A stretch of 64,000 bases of DNA. Source: Obrimoposthia wandeli. Its lineage: Eukaryota. Location of the stretch: positions 186,001-250,000 of the forward strand of contig CDROCS010002946.1 of the NCBI GenBank assembly GCA_977020255.1, given 5' to 3'. Under the pieces are notes generated by a model, which was given only the letters and a program-made list of their open reading frames with translations, ran no database searches and was not told where the DNA came from. The number at the start of each line of letters is the position of its first letter. Within the stretch, counting starts at the first letter, position 1. This document shows positions 1-15,600 of this stretch, piece after piece. The translations under genes and the position numbers were made by a program.

Positions 1-232
1 ACTGGGAATGCTTTTAATTCGAAATAATGAATCTACACCATATGTATGTGATCAATCTAATTTATTTTATCAAACTTTCCATATCCCTTTCAGCTCTCCT
101 TCCCAATTATGTTGGAAATAAATGATTAAAAAATTAACACATCAATAAAGTAAAAAAGGTTTTCGAGAATATTTTTAAAAATTAAATATTTTTTATTTTA
201 GTTTAAAAAATCTAAATGGCATCGAAACCAGT

Positions 233-2160
233 ATGAAAGACTTAAATCGAGGATATGTACAAGGAGATTATTCGCAGGCCATGGCGACGGACGAAGTAAA
301 GCTTATTCTCCTCATCAGTAACGTATCTTCAAACATTTACTCAAGAATCGCAAATTCAAAGTCATACTACGAAGCTATCGAGATCCTGGACCGAATCCTC
401 ATTGCAAAAAATAATGAGATATTCTCTAGATATCAGCTTATGCACAGGTCCCAGAAAGCAGAAGAAAACGTTGAGGACTCTGTGACTGCTCTACAAGTTC
501 TCGCCACAAACTGCAACTTCAAAACTACCACGGCAGAAGTACACCGAGTATATCCGGACGCCTTCGTGTCAGGAATTAAACTGCAGTCAACTCGGCAAAG
601 ACTTCTAGAAAACGAAGAACTGAGTCTAACTCAAGCAATCTCCCAAGCTCAATCTCTGGAAACTGCTATGGAGAACTCAGACGCTTATGTTAGAAGATCC
701 GTAACCTCCGGCAATCAGAATTTCTTACGGCAGCAGCAATCCAAAAATGAAGGAAATGTTATTTCTGCGGAAAAGAATATAATGTAAGAAATCTATGTCC
801 ACCAAAAAATGCAACGTGCAACAAATGCATGAAACCGGACACTTCTCCAGCGTCTGTCTGCCGAGAAAGAAACAATCAACGCAGCGACACATATGGCAAA
901 TGCAGCCATCAAATTCCCTACAGGACTCCGAAAAGCATTAGGACAAATAAAGATCCTAGACAGGTATCACGATGCACTAATCGAGAGTGGAAGCGAACTC
1001 AGTTTGATCAACGGAAACTTAGTTAAGTGCATCAAATTATCAGGCCAAAATATGCTAATATCTCTGGCATCCAACAACAATAAAACAACCTCTACAACGT
1101 TCTGTTTCATGTATTTTGAACTAAACAATGTGCCGATTGAACGTACTGGATAACATATGTACTTCAGTAATCCTTGGCCAAGTCTTTATGAAAAAACATA
1201 AATCAATAACCTTCAAATTTGACGGAGAGATTCAACCGCAGACCCTAGCATCCGTCGTACCAATGCACATTGAACTGCCACGAATCTTCGAGAACATCGC
1301 GACCAAATCAAGAACCTACTGCTATTCAGACGTGAACTTCATAAAACTCGAAGTCGAAAAATTATTTCAGGGTAGCATCATCGAGAAACCATCGTCCCCA
1401 TGGAGAGCTCAAATACTCGTCACAAACAGGAACACGAAGAAGCGTCTAGTAATCGATTACTCACAGACGATCAACAAATTCAGCATTTTAGACGCGTACC
1501 CATTACCTAACATGGACGAACTAGTGCGAGAAATATCAAAAACAAATAGTTAAGCAAACTGGACCTGCGATCCACCTACCACCAGGTACCTCTGCACCCA
1601 GACGACAAAAAATTCACGGCTTTCCAAGCCTCCGGTAACTTATATCAGTTCAGACGCCTACCATTTGGAGTTACTAATGCCGTCAGCGCTTTCCAACAGA
1701 CTATGAACAACATCATCGACGATAACAATCTCAAAGGCACCTACGCTTATCTAGATGACATAATCATCGTCGGGCCATCACTAGAAGATCATGACAAAAA
1801 CGGCAATAAATTCCTTGGAGTGGTTAAAAAAGTCCAAATCTCGCTAAACTTGGAAAAATGCTTGCTTCGAAAAACGTCCATAAATTTTCTTGGATATCAA
1901 ATCGAATTCAATGCGCCCTGATCCAGAAAGGTTAAAACCAATTACCCATTACCAACCAATCAAAGGAATTGCAGAGACTACGTGGACTCCTGAGTTATTA
2001 CGCCAAATGATACCATCATTTTCAGACAAAATCCAATCTCTTCTGATAGTAACATTTCCTCTACCCCTGTCAGTAAAAACAGCACTCTCTCAATTGAATA
2101 AGAAAATCTTATCATCCACACTATCTCCAATCAAACTCAATATCCCGATTGAAATTCAAA
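233..2160 (+). mobile_element. Degenerate Ty3/Gypsy LTR retrotransposon (gag, CCHC knuckle, protease, RT, start of RNase H), 3'-truncated
   Basis: Gag-like ORF 233-787. Frameshifted CNKCMK..GHFSSVC knuckle near 815-860. Protease-like DALIESGSELSLI. RT motifs SSPWRAQIL, IDYSQTINK, DAYPLP, LDLRSTYHQV, LPFGVTNA and YLDD. Several frameshifts and a stop; no integrase or LTR seen. Confidence 0.9.
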
Positions 2161-3257
2161 AATGTATAAATTTAGTTATTCTCAGTTTTCTCCAGCTGTC
2201 TTTCTAACTATATGTAACAGATTAAATGTACACAGCGTATGTTCTATGATTAGCACTGTTCTATTTGAATACATGAGTTATGTTTAAATAATATTTTTTT
2301 CCTAATGATATAGTTTCATTTCATAAATTGTATCTATGTTTTGCTGATTATGTCTATTATTAGCATTTGTACCATTTAAATATTAATCTTTAATTAATCA
2401 TATGTTATTAAAATTTAGAACTAAAAATATTTAATTTTTCGATTTTATTTCGCTTAAAAATTTTATAAAACTTATTTACTTTAAAACAAATATAAAAGAT
2501 TTTATCATTTATTTCTATAATTTTTATTTCTTGAAATAATTGAGAAATGCCGATGAAAATGAAAAGAAGAAGTCTCATAAAAATGAAATTATCACATAAA
2601 AGAGGAGTATGTTTATTATTTCCTATACTCAAGGTTTCCTAGAGAGCCACAATTTGGGGTGTTCAATTGCAACTGGACAAAGATACAGAAGCTGCAGAAA
2701 GAGGATGATGTATCATTAAAAATCGTTGATCCATTTGCGTTTCAGCCTACCTTACAGATTGGTTTAATGTGTCATGGTTATGCAAAATTCTTGGTGGCAT
2801 TTCTTCCATTAAGTATTTGTCCTGTCCATCATCCAATGGCTTATTCTTGTCCCAGTTTGTTCAATAGAATGTACCGATATTTCCGGGTTGCCATGGCCAC
2901 AGTTGTGAGGTTGCAGACACAGTTGGCTGGGTGGTGACCAATGAGAGGCGCCGTGAACTCAGTTCTGAGAATCACTCACGCGCGGTTAAATATCCATGGT
3001 CCCAGCACAGCCAAGCGGTACAATTGTTGCCCCATCCTTATGGAAACTATCGCGGGAGACCCCGAGAACCGGCTCACAAACAGTGCCAATCAGATTTAAT
3101 GTTGATAAGTGGGGTTTCAATTGAATATTTGGTAGTGAGCTATCTACAAAGTGAGCAATTTTTGTTGATTTGTGATATTGTAATGGAGTGATATTTTATT
3201 TTACAAATCTAACGATATTGCAGAACATCCGTTTTCTCATCATAAAAGTCTACTCAC

Positions 3258-3668
3258 CATGACGACCATCGCCAAGGTCATCACCATGAGCACAGCAGCT
3301 GGGTCCGCCAGTGAGACTTGACACTGACTCATCACTTTTGGACAGCAACAACTTGCGCCGCTGCTGTTGCTGAGGTTGTTGATAGGGAGTGTTTGCCGTA
3401 GCAACCGTTTGTTGCTGTGCAGCTAGTTGACGCCGCGGCGTAGTGGAGCACTTGTGTGCTACCAGATCCATGGCAACACTGTTGCTGGGGGACATCATCA
3501 CCGCTGCCGGGTATGGCAACTCCTCGTAGCTGCGTGACGATGACGGACCGCTCTCTGGTTGATCTCTAACGTTGCCAGGGATGACCGGCTTGTTGCTAGG
3601 GTTGGTTCCGGAGGCCGTCAGTAGACGAGACAGTCGCTCGATTGCCAGACTTAATTTCTTCTGGTGAC
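3258..3668 (-). CDS. CASKIN: Caskin-like exon: end of SAM2 (GHQKKLSLAIERL) plus low-complexity tail
   Basis: Acceptor catcgcag|GT at 3668; donor CATG|gtgagt at 3258; phase 1 at both ends. Confidence 0.85.
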
Positions 3669-6600
3669 CTGCGATGTAGAAACATTGGTCATTAGGCATT
3701 AACCTTTAACTTTCTTCCATTCCTCCTTTTAGGGAGGTTCCTACTCGTGACTATAAATGACACAGAAATAAAAAATACAATTTTAGTTTAGTGAAAAAAT
3801 AGAATAATTATTAAAAATATTTAAAAATAACGATTAAATGAAAAATTTACAATGATAAAAAATGTATTCTCTCATCGATAATTTATCCACGTTGAAATAT
3901 TGATTATCTAATTGATTTTATAAAATTATAATTTATATTTAGTACTGTTCTTACTAATAGAATAAGTAGAAAGTAGAATACATAAAACTGGAGAATTTGC
4001 CTTATTAGTACAAACCTTGTCATAACAAATAATGCCATCACCCTCCAGCTCGGGATTGAACTATGTTTTACTCAGTTAGTAATGTAATGGCGCAAATTAC
4101 CCATGGTTAAGTAAATTTGATTGATTTGTTTTAATTATAAAATGGTTTCCAAGTGAATTGTGTAACCTGTAAAAGTCAAAAATGAATTAAAAAGAAAACC
4201 CATCTGAGTTTACGATATTTATCTAGCGGCAATGGTTTAATGTTTGACTAGTTTCCGATCGTAAATAAAAGTAGACGACTAAGTTTGTGAGGTCGCGGAG
4301 CATAGACAAATGCCGGTCCACAACTGGGGTACACATACCCAGTTTTTCGATGCCAATGTCAGCCAGATCCTCCCAGCTGAGGCCGAGCAGATGCTCAATC
4401 TGGGTGAAGCTGTGTCTGGCCAGCATCTCCTCGTATTGGCTCAGTTTCAGGCAATCGAGCAACTCCCGGACACTCGACTGCAGGAATGGACAGTCGTCAG
4501 CTAACTTATTAACTACCTAATAAAGCGTCCCCAGTTTGTAGAAGGGAACTGACCTACATAATGTGTGCACTGTGAAGCACTTATAATACACCTGATTCAT
4601 CTCATTGACTACGTACTGTCAAATCAACGATGATGTCAGCGATATAAAGACTGATCAATTATATTAATCCTTTGTACAAAACTTTAACATTTTGTTTTTG
4701 TTAATGATTAATAATGATCCGTGGGATCACAATTTTTTGAAACAAAAACAGAAATGTTTCTCGAATGGACAAGGATATAAAGACGGGAATAAATAAAAAA
4801 TTGAAATTTTGTTTCAGGTATTATATTAAAAAACATCACTTAATCTCCTAAAATGTCTTCCTTGTGTCAGCTTCGTACAAACAAAATATTTTATATGCTT
4901 ACAGTGATTCTTGAGGTTAGCAGAACCTTCTCTGTGTGTATGTGTGCTTATGTTGGAATCACCGTTAGTTTGAAAATGGGTGTACCTTCACTCAGTTTCA
5001 TAACTGTATTGTTAATTTCACATGTGTGGTGTACAACTTTGACGACAATCACCGTTGAAGAGAGTTGGGTATACAGATTCTTCGTGTATCTTCGATTAAA
5101 TCCATCAGACCGATTTTGACAGCTATAGAAGGACTATGTTTATTTTATGGATATTTTCACAGGTTAAAATGAATGTATATTTATCGGTAGTTACATCTAA
5201 TCTAACATATTTGACCTCGTTGACCGGCTAGTAAATCTATCACTATCTAAGACAGTATATAGAGATAGTAACTAAGATAGAACTCGTTTATGACTGGTTT
5301 GATCTTCAAAAATGTATTTCATTTTCGCCATGATGGAAGAATCAGATCAGAGCAGTTAATATTATATTCCGGTTGGATCGATGCAACAACCAATATCAAC
5401 ACATCTGTGGTGGATTCCTATAAAAGACCCATTTCAGAGATCATTTTACAAAATAAACAGTGCGTCTTATTTGTGAGTCAATACGGAATATTCGGAAATG
5501 CACCACATCAACTGTAGAGGTTAAGTGCATATACAAATGATTTCAACGAGTGAAATTTACAGATGATAAATATCCCGATTGTACTCGACCCTCCTAACGT
5601 ACCGGGACGAATTGAGGGAGTAGGTTATCGCAGCACACGCTGATGCCGGATAGGTGATTCTTGAGAAACTGGCGGTCCTGGGGACTCGTTATGCCACTGG
5701 CGTTCAGATCCTCCGGAGTAGCCTTGGACAGTGTGGGCAAGTCGTACCTGGACAATGAGGCGGAGTGAGATATCCAGGAGCAGACATTAAACATTCGTTC
5801 TTTCTTCACATTCCCTCAGTGATGTGAGGAAATTAACCGGCTAATAACATCAGCTCGCCATTAATTTACAATAATTCGTGGAGAACCAAGGTAAATGTTC
5901 ATGGAAATTCTGACTTAACCCCCTAACATTGTTAAGATGAGATCCTCCTTACTCCAGCGACACAACAACCCCTCGATGACTTAGCACTCGCCGAATTTAT
6001 AACGACCCTAAACTAGGTGAGCTGAACAACACTACATGTCATAATCCCATGAGTCTTGTGAGCCTGCTGTGACATAATTGAAAGAGTTTGGTCTATTTTA
6101 AAAGATTAAGAGAGGAAATCCTGAGTTTAGTAGAGGTAAAAACATTATCCAGAGAAGAATTTTGTTTCACCAAAGCTGATTAGATTAAAAAACTAGATTT
6201 AGACAGCTTCATCAACAAGGACTAAATTTTATTAGTTTTCAATTCCATTATATATCTTAAATAAATATATATTATGTCATTATGGAGATTTTTTTGTGTT
6301 AAGTAGTTTTGTTTTCAAATGTTTGTGCTAAATTTTCTGTTTGCCTTAACAAAGTGGGGGTGATGGGGGGAAGACTCACCCTGCAGCGACCAGTTGGGCC
6401 GCACACACTGACGGCAAGCCAATGTAGCGTAACCAAGCAATCATGACGTCATCGCCACCGGCCTGGCCAGAGAGCCCGCCAGATGAGGACAACACAGACT
6501 TGCTGTCGGTGGCGGAGCCGCGTCCACTATCAAGGCTGGCCACGCTGTTGCGCTTATTCCCGTTGCTGCTGCAGAAACAGGACTGCTGCTGCTGTTGTTG

Positions 6601-9600
6601 CTGCTGTTGCTGACTGGAAGTCCATTTGGCAGACGCCGGTGTCAGAATACTCGACATCTGCGGCGGGATCTCAATGGGACTGTGAGATTCTCCTTCCTCT
6701 TCCTCATCTTCTTCCTCACTGGCATCATCGTCTTCCTCCTCGTCATCACAGACTGCCTCGTCTCGAGACGCCAACTGCATATCATACTCCCAGTCAGCAC
6801 ACTATTATCCTTTCATCCTACCCCAACTCAGTCACTTTCCAACTGTGACATTTGCCAAGACATTCCCCAACTCTATATTTATAAGAAATGCATTTGTTGA
6901 CATAAAAACTGCTACAGTTATTTTTTCATTTAATGAACGCGACTTAATGAATATTTCAGGGCGTTCATTAAATAAAATAATGAAAAAAATCTCAAAACAT
7001 ACTTGAAATCTCAACAAAAAAATTTCAAAAAATACTTAAAATATCAACAAAAAATCTCAAAAAATACTTGAAATATCAACAACAAATCTCAAAAAAATAC
7101 TTGAAATATCAACAACAAATCTCAAAAAATACTTGAAATATCAACAAATCTCAAAAAATACTTGAAATATCAACTAATCTCAAAAAATACTTGAAATATC
7201 AACAACAAATCTCAAAAAATACTTGAAATATCAACAAAAAATCTCAAAAAAATACTTGAAATATCAACAACAAATCTCAAAAAATACTTGAAATATCAAC
7301 AACAAAAAGTCTCAAAAAAATACTTGAAATATCAACAACAAATATCTCAAAAAAATACTTGAAATATCAACAACAAATCTCAAAAAATACTTGAAATATC
7401 AACAACAAATCTCAAAAAATACTTGAAATATCAACAACAAATCTCAAAAAATACTTGAAATATCAACAACAAATATCTCAAAAAAATACTTGAAATATCA
7501 ACAACAAATCTCAAAAAATACTTGAAATATCAACAACAAATCTCAAAAAATACTTGAAATATCAACAACAAATCTCAAAAAAATACTTGAAATATCAACA
7601 AATCTCAAAAAATACTTGAAATATCAACAACAAATATCTCAAAAATACTTGAAATATCAACAAATCTCAAAAAAACTGTTATCTTAAATCTTTGATTTAA
7701 TTTGAGCTCATCTTCATCTTCAAGTCCAATATTTCAATTTAAACAAAAGTTAATGACAAAAAAATCAAAAGTCTGATAGAAATACAAAGAATTGTTCATT
7801 AAATAAAATGTCCATCGAGTAAAACAATAACTGCTATAGGAGCAAATTGATGCCATGATGAAAACTGATGTGCCAAAACAAAATCTGCAGCACTGAAAGT
7901 ACAAAGACGGAGATGGAATAAATAGCTATCTGAGTGAAAATCTAGTCGTAGAGATCTATAAAGAGAACCGGCAGTGTTGGGGTGTGAAGGAGGCAGTGAG
8001 ACGTGTTTTCATAACTGTCAACAGTCGATGAAGTGCAGCATAGTATGCGGTGTCTGTGTTTCAGGCTGCCGTCTGTGACAGATATAGAGGCCTCGCGGGG
8101 GATATTGTGGAGTAATATTGACCTTCAGCAGTCACGTTGCTTTGCAAAATAGAAGTCAGTACATTTTAACCCAAATCCAGAAGCTTCAAGGTAAAATTGC
8201 TTTTATAATGAAAGTCAAAAAACAAAATATAAAACTTCAAATAATTTCATGTGAAAATGTCTTGTATTGATTTAAAATAGTATTTAATTTGAATATATTT
8301 GATAATTTTAAATTCTGACAAGGTCATTTGCTAATTTGTCATGCTCTAGAAAACATTTAGAGTAAATTTAAAACAAGGGTTGTTCTCCAAATATTAGATT
8401 TTTATAATTTTCAAATTTAATTATATATTCCAATATATTAAAATATCTTTTACTTATAATCATTTATAAATTCTAATAAAAATTATATAATTAAAATATA
8501 TTTAATATAGCACTGATATCTTATGAATCTATGATTTATTACTCAGAAGCGTCTCCTGGTTCCCACTATTCTACGTAATATTTTCTTAACTGCATCTGCT
8601 ACATCTGATTAAGAGAATAACTTGTTTATCTTAAGGGGTAAAAAAGATACTTTATACACAAATCCCTAATAGTTCAGCCCTATATAGTAAACGTGAAGTT
8701 AACTGTTGTCGATATGGGTGTAAAGAAACAACAAACCATCACCCGAGACTGCTATAGTAGGATGCTATAAAATGCATCACTGGAAAGTACAGAGGGACGA
8801 TATGGTAGTTCGAGAAGATATGCCTTACTTAAACTTACCCTAAATGACGGAGATATTATTGGCATGGAGGAAACTTCTACGGTATTGGACGACAGTGGCA
8901 ATATTCAGCGAGCAAGACCATATATTACGGTAAAAGGTAGAACCTACATCCATTAAGTAGAATTTAAAGTTCCATTTGACAGTAATATGAGTCAAAATAA
9001 TAGTTACAGCAATGCAATGGACAAAAGTCAGAATCTAGTCGAGACTACACGGAAAGATAATAGTGACAAAATGGTAGTATTCTATGTCATTAGAGTAGGG
9101 ACCCTCGGGTTCTTGAATATCGACAACAACCAACTTTTGCCGACCTACAAATATTCTGCTGTAGAAAGAAATAAGGTTAAAATACGAATCGCAAGTAAGG
9201 TCATAGAATATACTTGTCCAGTGGAATTGCTTTAGACTACGTGGAATTTCAGAAACTGAGGATACAATACCTGATCGAGTAGATGCTCTGACTACCGACA
9301 AGTTGGAGAGGATTAAAAAGTGGATGTATGTATTATAAAAATAAATTACCCAATTAAAACTTCTGGCTAATACTTTTTGGAAGACATTTAAATACCAGAA
9401 AATATAATATTCACTTTTACAATACTCTGGTAATATTCAGAAAATGCAGTCACAACCTGGGAAACAACCAAGAAATGTCTTACAAACAATCTCCCTTGAA
9501 GATTCATCAATCCTACATGAAATAGAAGACACCTTTTGGTGTATTGCTATAGAGAATATTAGTACCTGAATGTGTTTACTATGAATATAGCTTTCTCATC

Positions 9601-12600
9601 TTATTACCTCTGCTTCTTAGATGTGTCAAAACTATTACAGTTTCTCATATTCATTGGCAAATTGCCGTAAAGTTTGGAGCATAAATTGTCAAATATTCCA
9701 TCAGTCTGTTTGTTATTTGAGAACTTCTTGGTCAATCTGCAGTCATCATCGTTGCTTACTGCACCAGATTCGAGATATTTTTATAAATATTGGGTTTTTG
9801 TGAGAGAATTCAATTCTGACATTGATTGCCAATTGAGAACCAATGGAACTTTATTAAATGTTTACTTGTGCTGTCATTGTGTTTTAAACATAATTCTGAC
9901 GACTTTGTTTACATTTTTGCAAGAAATTTAATTGACAATCTGGAATATTAAAAAGTAAAGAATTTTGGACATCACGCATGTATTAGCATTGTAGTTATCT
10001 CAGCAGTTGAATTTTGGACATCACGCATGTATTAGCATTGTAGTTATCTCAGCAGTTGAATTTTGGACATCACGCATGTATTAGCATTGTAGTTATCTCA
10101 GCAGTTGAATTTTGGACATCACACATGTATTAGCATTGTAGTTATCTCAGCAGTTGAATTTTGGACATCACACATGTATTAGCATTGTAGTTATCTCAGC
10201 AGTTGAATTTTGGACATCACACATGTATTAGCATTGTAGTTATCTCAGCAGTTGAATTTTGGACATCACGCATGTATTAGCATTGTAGTTATATCAGCAG
10301 TTGAATTTTGGACATCACGCATGTATTAGCATTGTAGTTATCTCAGCAGTTAAATTTTTTTTTTAATTTGACAATTTATTGTAATATTTTTAACACAACC
10401 ACTATGTTACTTTGTAAATTATTAATATTTTCCATGACCTTTATGAACCACACAATTTTAGTGTTTCTTTAGTGTAAATATAGACTTACTTTGATTTTGC
10501 ACGGAAAAGCCTTGGAGTATTATATTTTACCATTCTATCTATATGCAAACTTTCAGCCAATTCTGATCGTCAATGTGTCAGTAGGGCTGTTGGTGCTGCT
10601 GCTGAAACAAAGGCTTTAGCTATGGGAAGTTTGGAGGTTTTTCGACACCGCGTTTGAGCTTCATTCATGGTACCATGTGTCACAGCCAACACAAGCATCC
10701 ATATTGTGATGAGGTGGAGTCATGTGTGGTGTCAAGGGAACCGTATATGAGTGGGTGTGGATATATGCCCTACCGGTAGTCGGGCGGCAGCAACTGGCGT
10801 CTTCTCAGGGGACTTGTTGCCGGCCTTGGAGGACCCAGGAGCTCCCAGAGCACAGCGGTAGAGTTGCAGTGGGCGGTCACAGCAAGTGGGAGGCTGAGCA
10901 GAGCTCCGTGAACGAGCCAGGTACTCGACACAGTGGACTGGTAACAAACCCGTACCACTGATACCATCCGATGTGACGTAGCCCTTGGCGAGACCGTTGT
11001 GATACTGTCGCAGCACCTGCACATCAACATGGAAGCTGGTTTACATCTGGTGAACACTTCCCCGGCAGTTTCTACACACATAATAAAGAAGAAATTGAAA
11101 CAAAGCGGAAGTACATTTATCCCCAAGTTCAGCAAAATAATAATCTTTCAGAATCCGCGATTTTATTCATAAGGACCAAACCTGATGAGGATTCCTGGTC
11201 TAATTTGATATGCAATATCCGCAAACAATATTTTTGGAAAGCAGCAAAATAGTATTTTAAATTACAAAATCTGATGGCAATGTAATCTGCTGAAATCCAC
11301 AGTAAGTATTGAAACACAAATAAAAATCCCTATTCCGAACTAAACTTCAGGAACACTAGAGACCTTGTAAAATACGAATATTTATATAGTTTCAAAAATG
11401 AAAATTTCTTTTGACACTTATAATTATAACTGAAGCGATTTGTTTAAGTAGTTTAAACGATTTATAATTTAATTCAAAATAATTAATGTATATTTATCAA
11501 TTTCAATTATTATAGACTTTACAAATTTAAAGCTTGATTTTAGATTTATTTATTCGTAGATTACTTGTAAGGTCATTCAAATATCCTACACGGTGCTAAT
11601 TTAGATATTTTCACTTAGAATCAGATTTGTATGCCAAAAGTTCTAATGGGAAAATTGCAAATTTGTGTGACGGTAAAGATTCCATTTAGAGCATATCTGA
11701 AATTAGAGCTGATTTGGTAGATCAGTCTCTGATAAATTGACAATTAATCAGCTTGCTGTGATCCAACAAGTTCAGAGCCGTATTCAAGAACCTTCCATAA
11801 CTATGGAAAAAGTTACCGAAAACTTTTTTAATACGGACAAAAAGATTGAACCGAAAACTGAAACCTCATTAACGTTTAGCTTCAGAAAACGAAACATGTC
11901 ACATTGTGCTATTGTAAAGTAAACTTACAATTATACTCAGCGTGTCGGAGTTGACACTTGACAAGCTGAGGTCAGAAAATATTAAGGACCATAAATACAA
12001 ACAGTTAGAAATAGGAACAACTTATTTATTTAGCTGACACCAGCTCATTTATGATTGAAGCCAGATTGGGTTCGTCGTTATATCAAATATCAGAAAACAG
12101 AATTGTATATTGAGATCATTGGTTTCTGGCAAATTTATCGACTGTCTGTTTGACGTTTATTCTGGCTTCAATTGTAAACAGTGCGGTGTCAGATAAATAA
12201 GAACATTTGAAATATTGAGATAATCACTTTTCCTGGATTTCTCTACATAAATGTAAAATTATTTGAGTAAACACGAATTAAAAGATATTAATATTGTTCA
12301 TAAAAACATGTAGGTAATCTTTAAATATGTTTAGAGAGCTAATGTAGTTCAATCAAAAATATTTAACCATCAAATAAAAAGAGGAATAAGTACACTAAAA
12401 TAAATTTCTGATTTTGTATTCAGTTGCGTGACTTGGTTTCCTCCATTCTTGCTCAAAATAAATAACTTTAACCCGATTTACTCAGACCAGTAATGGATAC
12501 CGTGGCAATGTCGCATGGGCAAGGCAGTGCGTTGTGCACGGTCCGGAAATTCGACGGCACGGGATTAATGTACAAATAAGTACACAATGAATATCCAAGT

Positions 12601-15600
12601 GAATAAAATGTATTGGCCACTATCCCTCCAAAAAGTCAAATTTCACATTTTGATTAACTCTTCGTTTGGTTTCATTGTTTGTTAAATAAAAAGGCTTAAA
12701 CTACGACTTTTAAAATGTTTAATTTTAGCGCTCTAACTAAAATTGTAGTGTACTATACATAACTGTCTTGCGCCTGAGGCGCCTGATGCTAAAATTCATT
12801 CATTATTTCTTGCAAATAGAGTCAATTTTGGTAACGTTGTCCAGGAAAAAAGTATACTGGCATATCGTAAAATATATCCATTCAGTTTTACATAGCTTGC
12901 CGTAATTTGCCCGATGAGACAACACTTAAAGTTACTCAAACTCTTCTTTAATCATTATTTCTCAAGACATCGTAACATTGTCCTTGCTGTTATTATGTAT
13001 TCAAAATTAGCAAGAAATTTGTAAGAACAAACTCAGTTCATCTTCGCATTTCACTTCCCTATATGTCAGTATCTTGATTGGGAGTAATTAGGTTTTACTG
13101 CTATTTTATTACCTATAAAATAGCAGTAAATTATATATGAGTAAAATATTTTTTTAAAATATACTCCACAAACGTAAGTTGGCAATTTCGGTTTGATCCT
13201 CTGGTTGGAGGAATGGGCAGTTGGTGGTTTGTAGCAAAGTGGGGCAGTGAATGTTTCCAAAATACGATCGTGTGTGTAGGCAAGAGTTCTTGTGACCAGA
13301 GTGCAAATGCCAAGATATCAGCAGAAACTGACAGGATGTATGTGGGCCAGGGAGATTGACAGTCAACTGGCAACATGTGCCATCTCACACACCGGCAACA
13401 ATGCCGAGCCAGAGTGTGGGAGTGTGGGGAGATGTGCATGTTATTGCACGTGTGATGCAGGGCTGCTGATCCTGACGACCAGTTGTCTGTGACGGCTAAT
13501 TCTGATCCCGACTGGCAGACTGCAATACCTCCCACAATACCCAGTCCCAGTTAGAAATCCCTCAACGGCTCTCAGACACAAATTTATTATTCAGCAAATG
13601 CTGCCTCTACAGGATGGCTAGAGGTAACTTCAATAGCTCAGTCGATACAGCCATGAATGACCAATGAAACTGGAGCTTCAGAAGAATTCAGAAGATACAT
13701 CAATACGTTCCTGTTCAGGAAACTGACCTACAGTTAACTGAATTTTATGTGGATTTTTTTTAAATTAGACATAAATTCATAATTTGACAAAAATAAAACA
13801 TCATATTCAAAAGCCTAAATGATCGTTTGCTTATGAAATGCAGAATGAACAATAAACATTTCAAATTACAAGTGCCGTATTTTATAATCTATGAAAGTCG
13901 GTATATCAAATTAAATTAGCTTTACATTCAGTGAACGATCATGGTCGGTAGCCCAAGCATGAACAAAGAGCGAGACTTGTTTCGTGGCCCGTTGCACATC
14001 AAACCCACTCAGGAGTGGTCTGTTTTAAGATACACAAAGATATTGTCAGATATTGAGTGAGCATGTTATTCTTTATTGCAAGCGTGACAAGGAAAATATC
14101 AGCAAGGCGGTACTCCCCACATTTCCCGAATTTTCGAGACATCAATGACAATTTCCCAAACAGGGCCTTTAGAATGGCCACCCGACCTTTTGGTCTGCAA
14201 TTTCTTTTAATGGAGTGACATGAATTGAGAAATACGTTTATCAAAGTCTCAGAAAACCATATGCAGTTCGCTCAAATTATCGAGCAAGAAATCGTCCATA
14301 TCCCTCGTTCAAAGATTCAAAATGGCTGAGTATTTGCCAGCAATAATGATAGCGGAAACTTCCAACATTTTTTGCATAACTTGAAGTATATTTTGCTGCC
14401 GTGTTGTATAAATTATTTAATCAAAGGAGAGAACAAAATATATGTACAATTTTTATTAAAAGAACAGGAATCAGAGAAGTGATTATTATGGTTACTCACA
14501 CAGTTATTATTCAGTAAAGATTTCTCGACTTCTGAGCAAATTATTCTCAACAAAGCTACCAGATTAGTACCTCAACTACGAAAGAGATACTATAACGCTA
14601 AAAATAACCAATAAAAGCTAGAATTGAATTTAAAGTTATCTAAATTATTCAGAAAAAAATTTTCCTGAAATTCAAGTTCCGTAATGTGTTCAATTGAAAA
14701 TTCAAACGATTCTCTTATACACGGTTTTTTAAATAAACGGAGTACACAAAAGTGTTTCTTTCTTTTTTTGCACAATTTTTTCTTTCTCACACGGTATGGA
14801 GTCTATGTCTTTTTACACAGTTTTCTGCGGAATGTATCTACCGTGTAAAGAGAATTATGTGTACTGACATATTTTCATGTGATTGAGTAACAAATGCATT
14901 CAACATAATCTCCTCTTATCAAAATTAACAAAACCCAGTTTCAATTAAGTTCAGTTGCGCAATAGTATCACTTATATTCTACAATAGCATTACGCAACAC
15001 CTGCTCGGAGATTAGCTACTCTTAACAGGTTCACCGTGGGGCCTGTGATTGGGTCTTATTAATCAAGACGATATTTAATTCACAAATCTAACAATTATTT
15101 CGTTAATGATGATTTTAATAAATGAAATTTAACATTGTTTCTTTAACTTTTATCTTAAAATTATTTCCTTGGGTAAAAATTTATGTGGGGAATGTGATTT
15201 ATGAATACAGCTCTTAAATTGACTTCGAAACCAATTCACTTATAAAAACGTCTTGAAAATATAGTTGAAGGTGTTCTTATTTTAACATATTAAAGGTAAC
15301 TAAATTCGGCTTTTCAACATACACAAATCAAGAAACTCTAGAAATATTAACAGATTTTTAAGACGTTCTTCGAATGTTAGGATATATTCAGGTAAAATTA
15401 AGAGGGCCAGTCCAATTCCAGCAGACAAACATGGATTTCTTGACTGTTCGTTGAGTAACTAGAAACAAAACTGCGCCACAAAGAAATTCGGAAAAAATGA
15501 TTTATGGGTAAGACAGATTGAGATTGTTTCATTGACAGACAGTCTGTTGTACATGGATATTCGTGGTGTTCAGGTTTCCCGTCAATTGGGAGCAACAGTT

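Noticed and set aside
2659-3191. Next Caskin-like exon or an independent gene
   Set aside because: GC-richer, but no unambiguous phase-1 acceptor with a sensible frame and no recognisable domain.
4035-4110. tRNA/SINE on the minus strand (GTTCAATCCC B-box-like)
   Set aside because: Single short motif, no cloverleaf or A-box; too weak to call.
5290-5517. LINE apurinic endonuclease remnant (LILYSG..RPISEII)
   Set aside because: Only loose similarity; no catalytic motifs recovered.
7010-7675. CRISPR-like or iteron array
   Set aside because: Head-to-tail minisatellite without spacers.
7965-8075. Extra Caskin-like exon (GSLKHRHRILCCTSSTVDSYEN...)
   Set aside because: It needs a phase-1 upstream donor that the SH3 exon does not clearly offer, and its own donor is weak.
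8600-9300. Second decayed viral glycoprotein (ITRDCYSRM..., YITVKGRTY)
   Set aside because: Resemblance to the 32-kb protein is limited to a few residues and the diagnostic cysteines are absent.
13131-13535. Caskin SH3 exon suggested by SAAL...CNN in the ORF track
   Set aside because: A much better SH3 exon with a canonical donor lies at 17753-17671; no consistent splice sites here.
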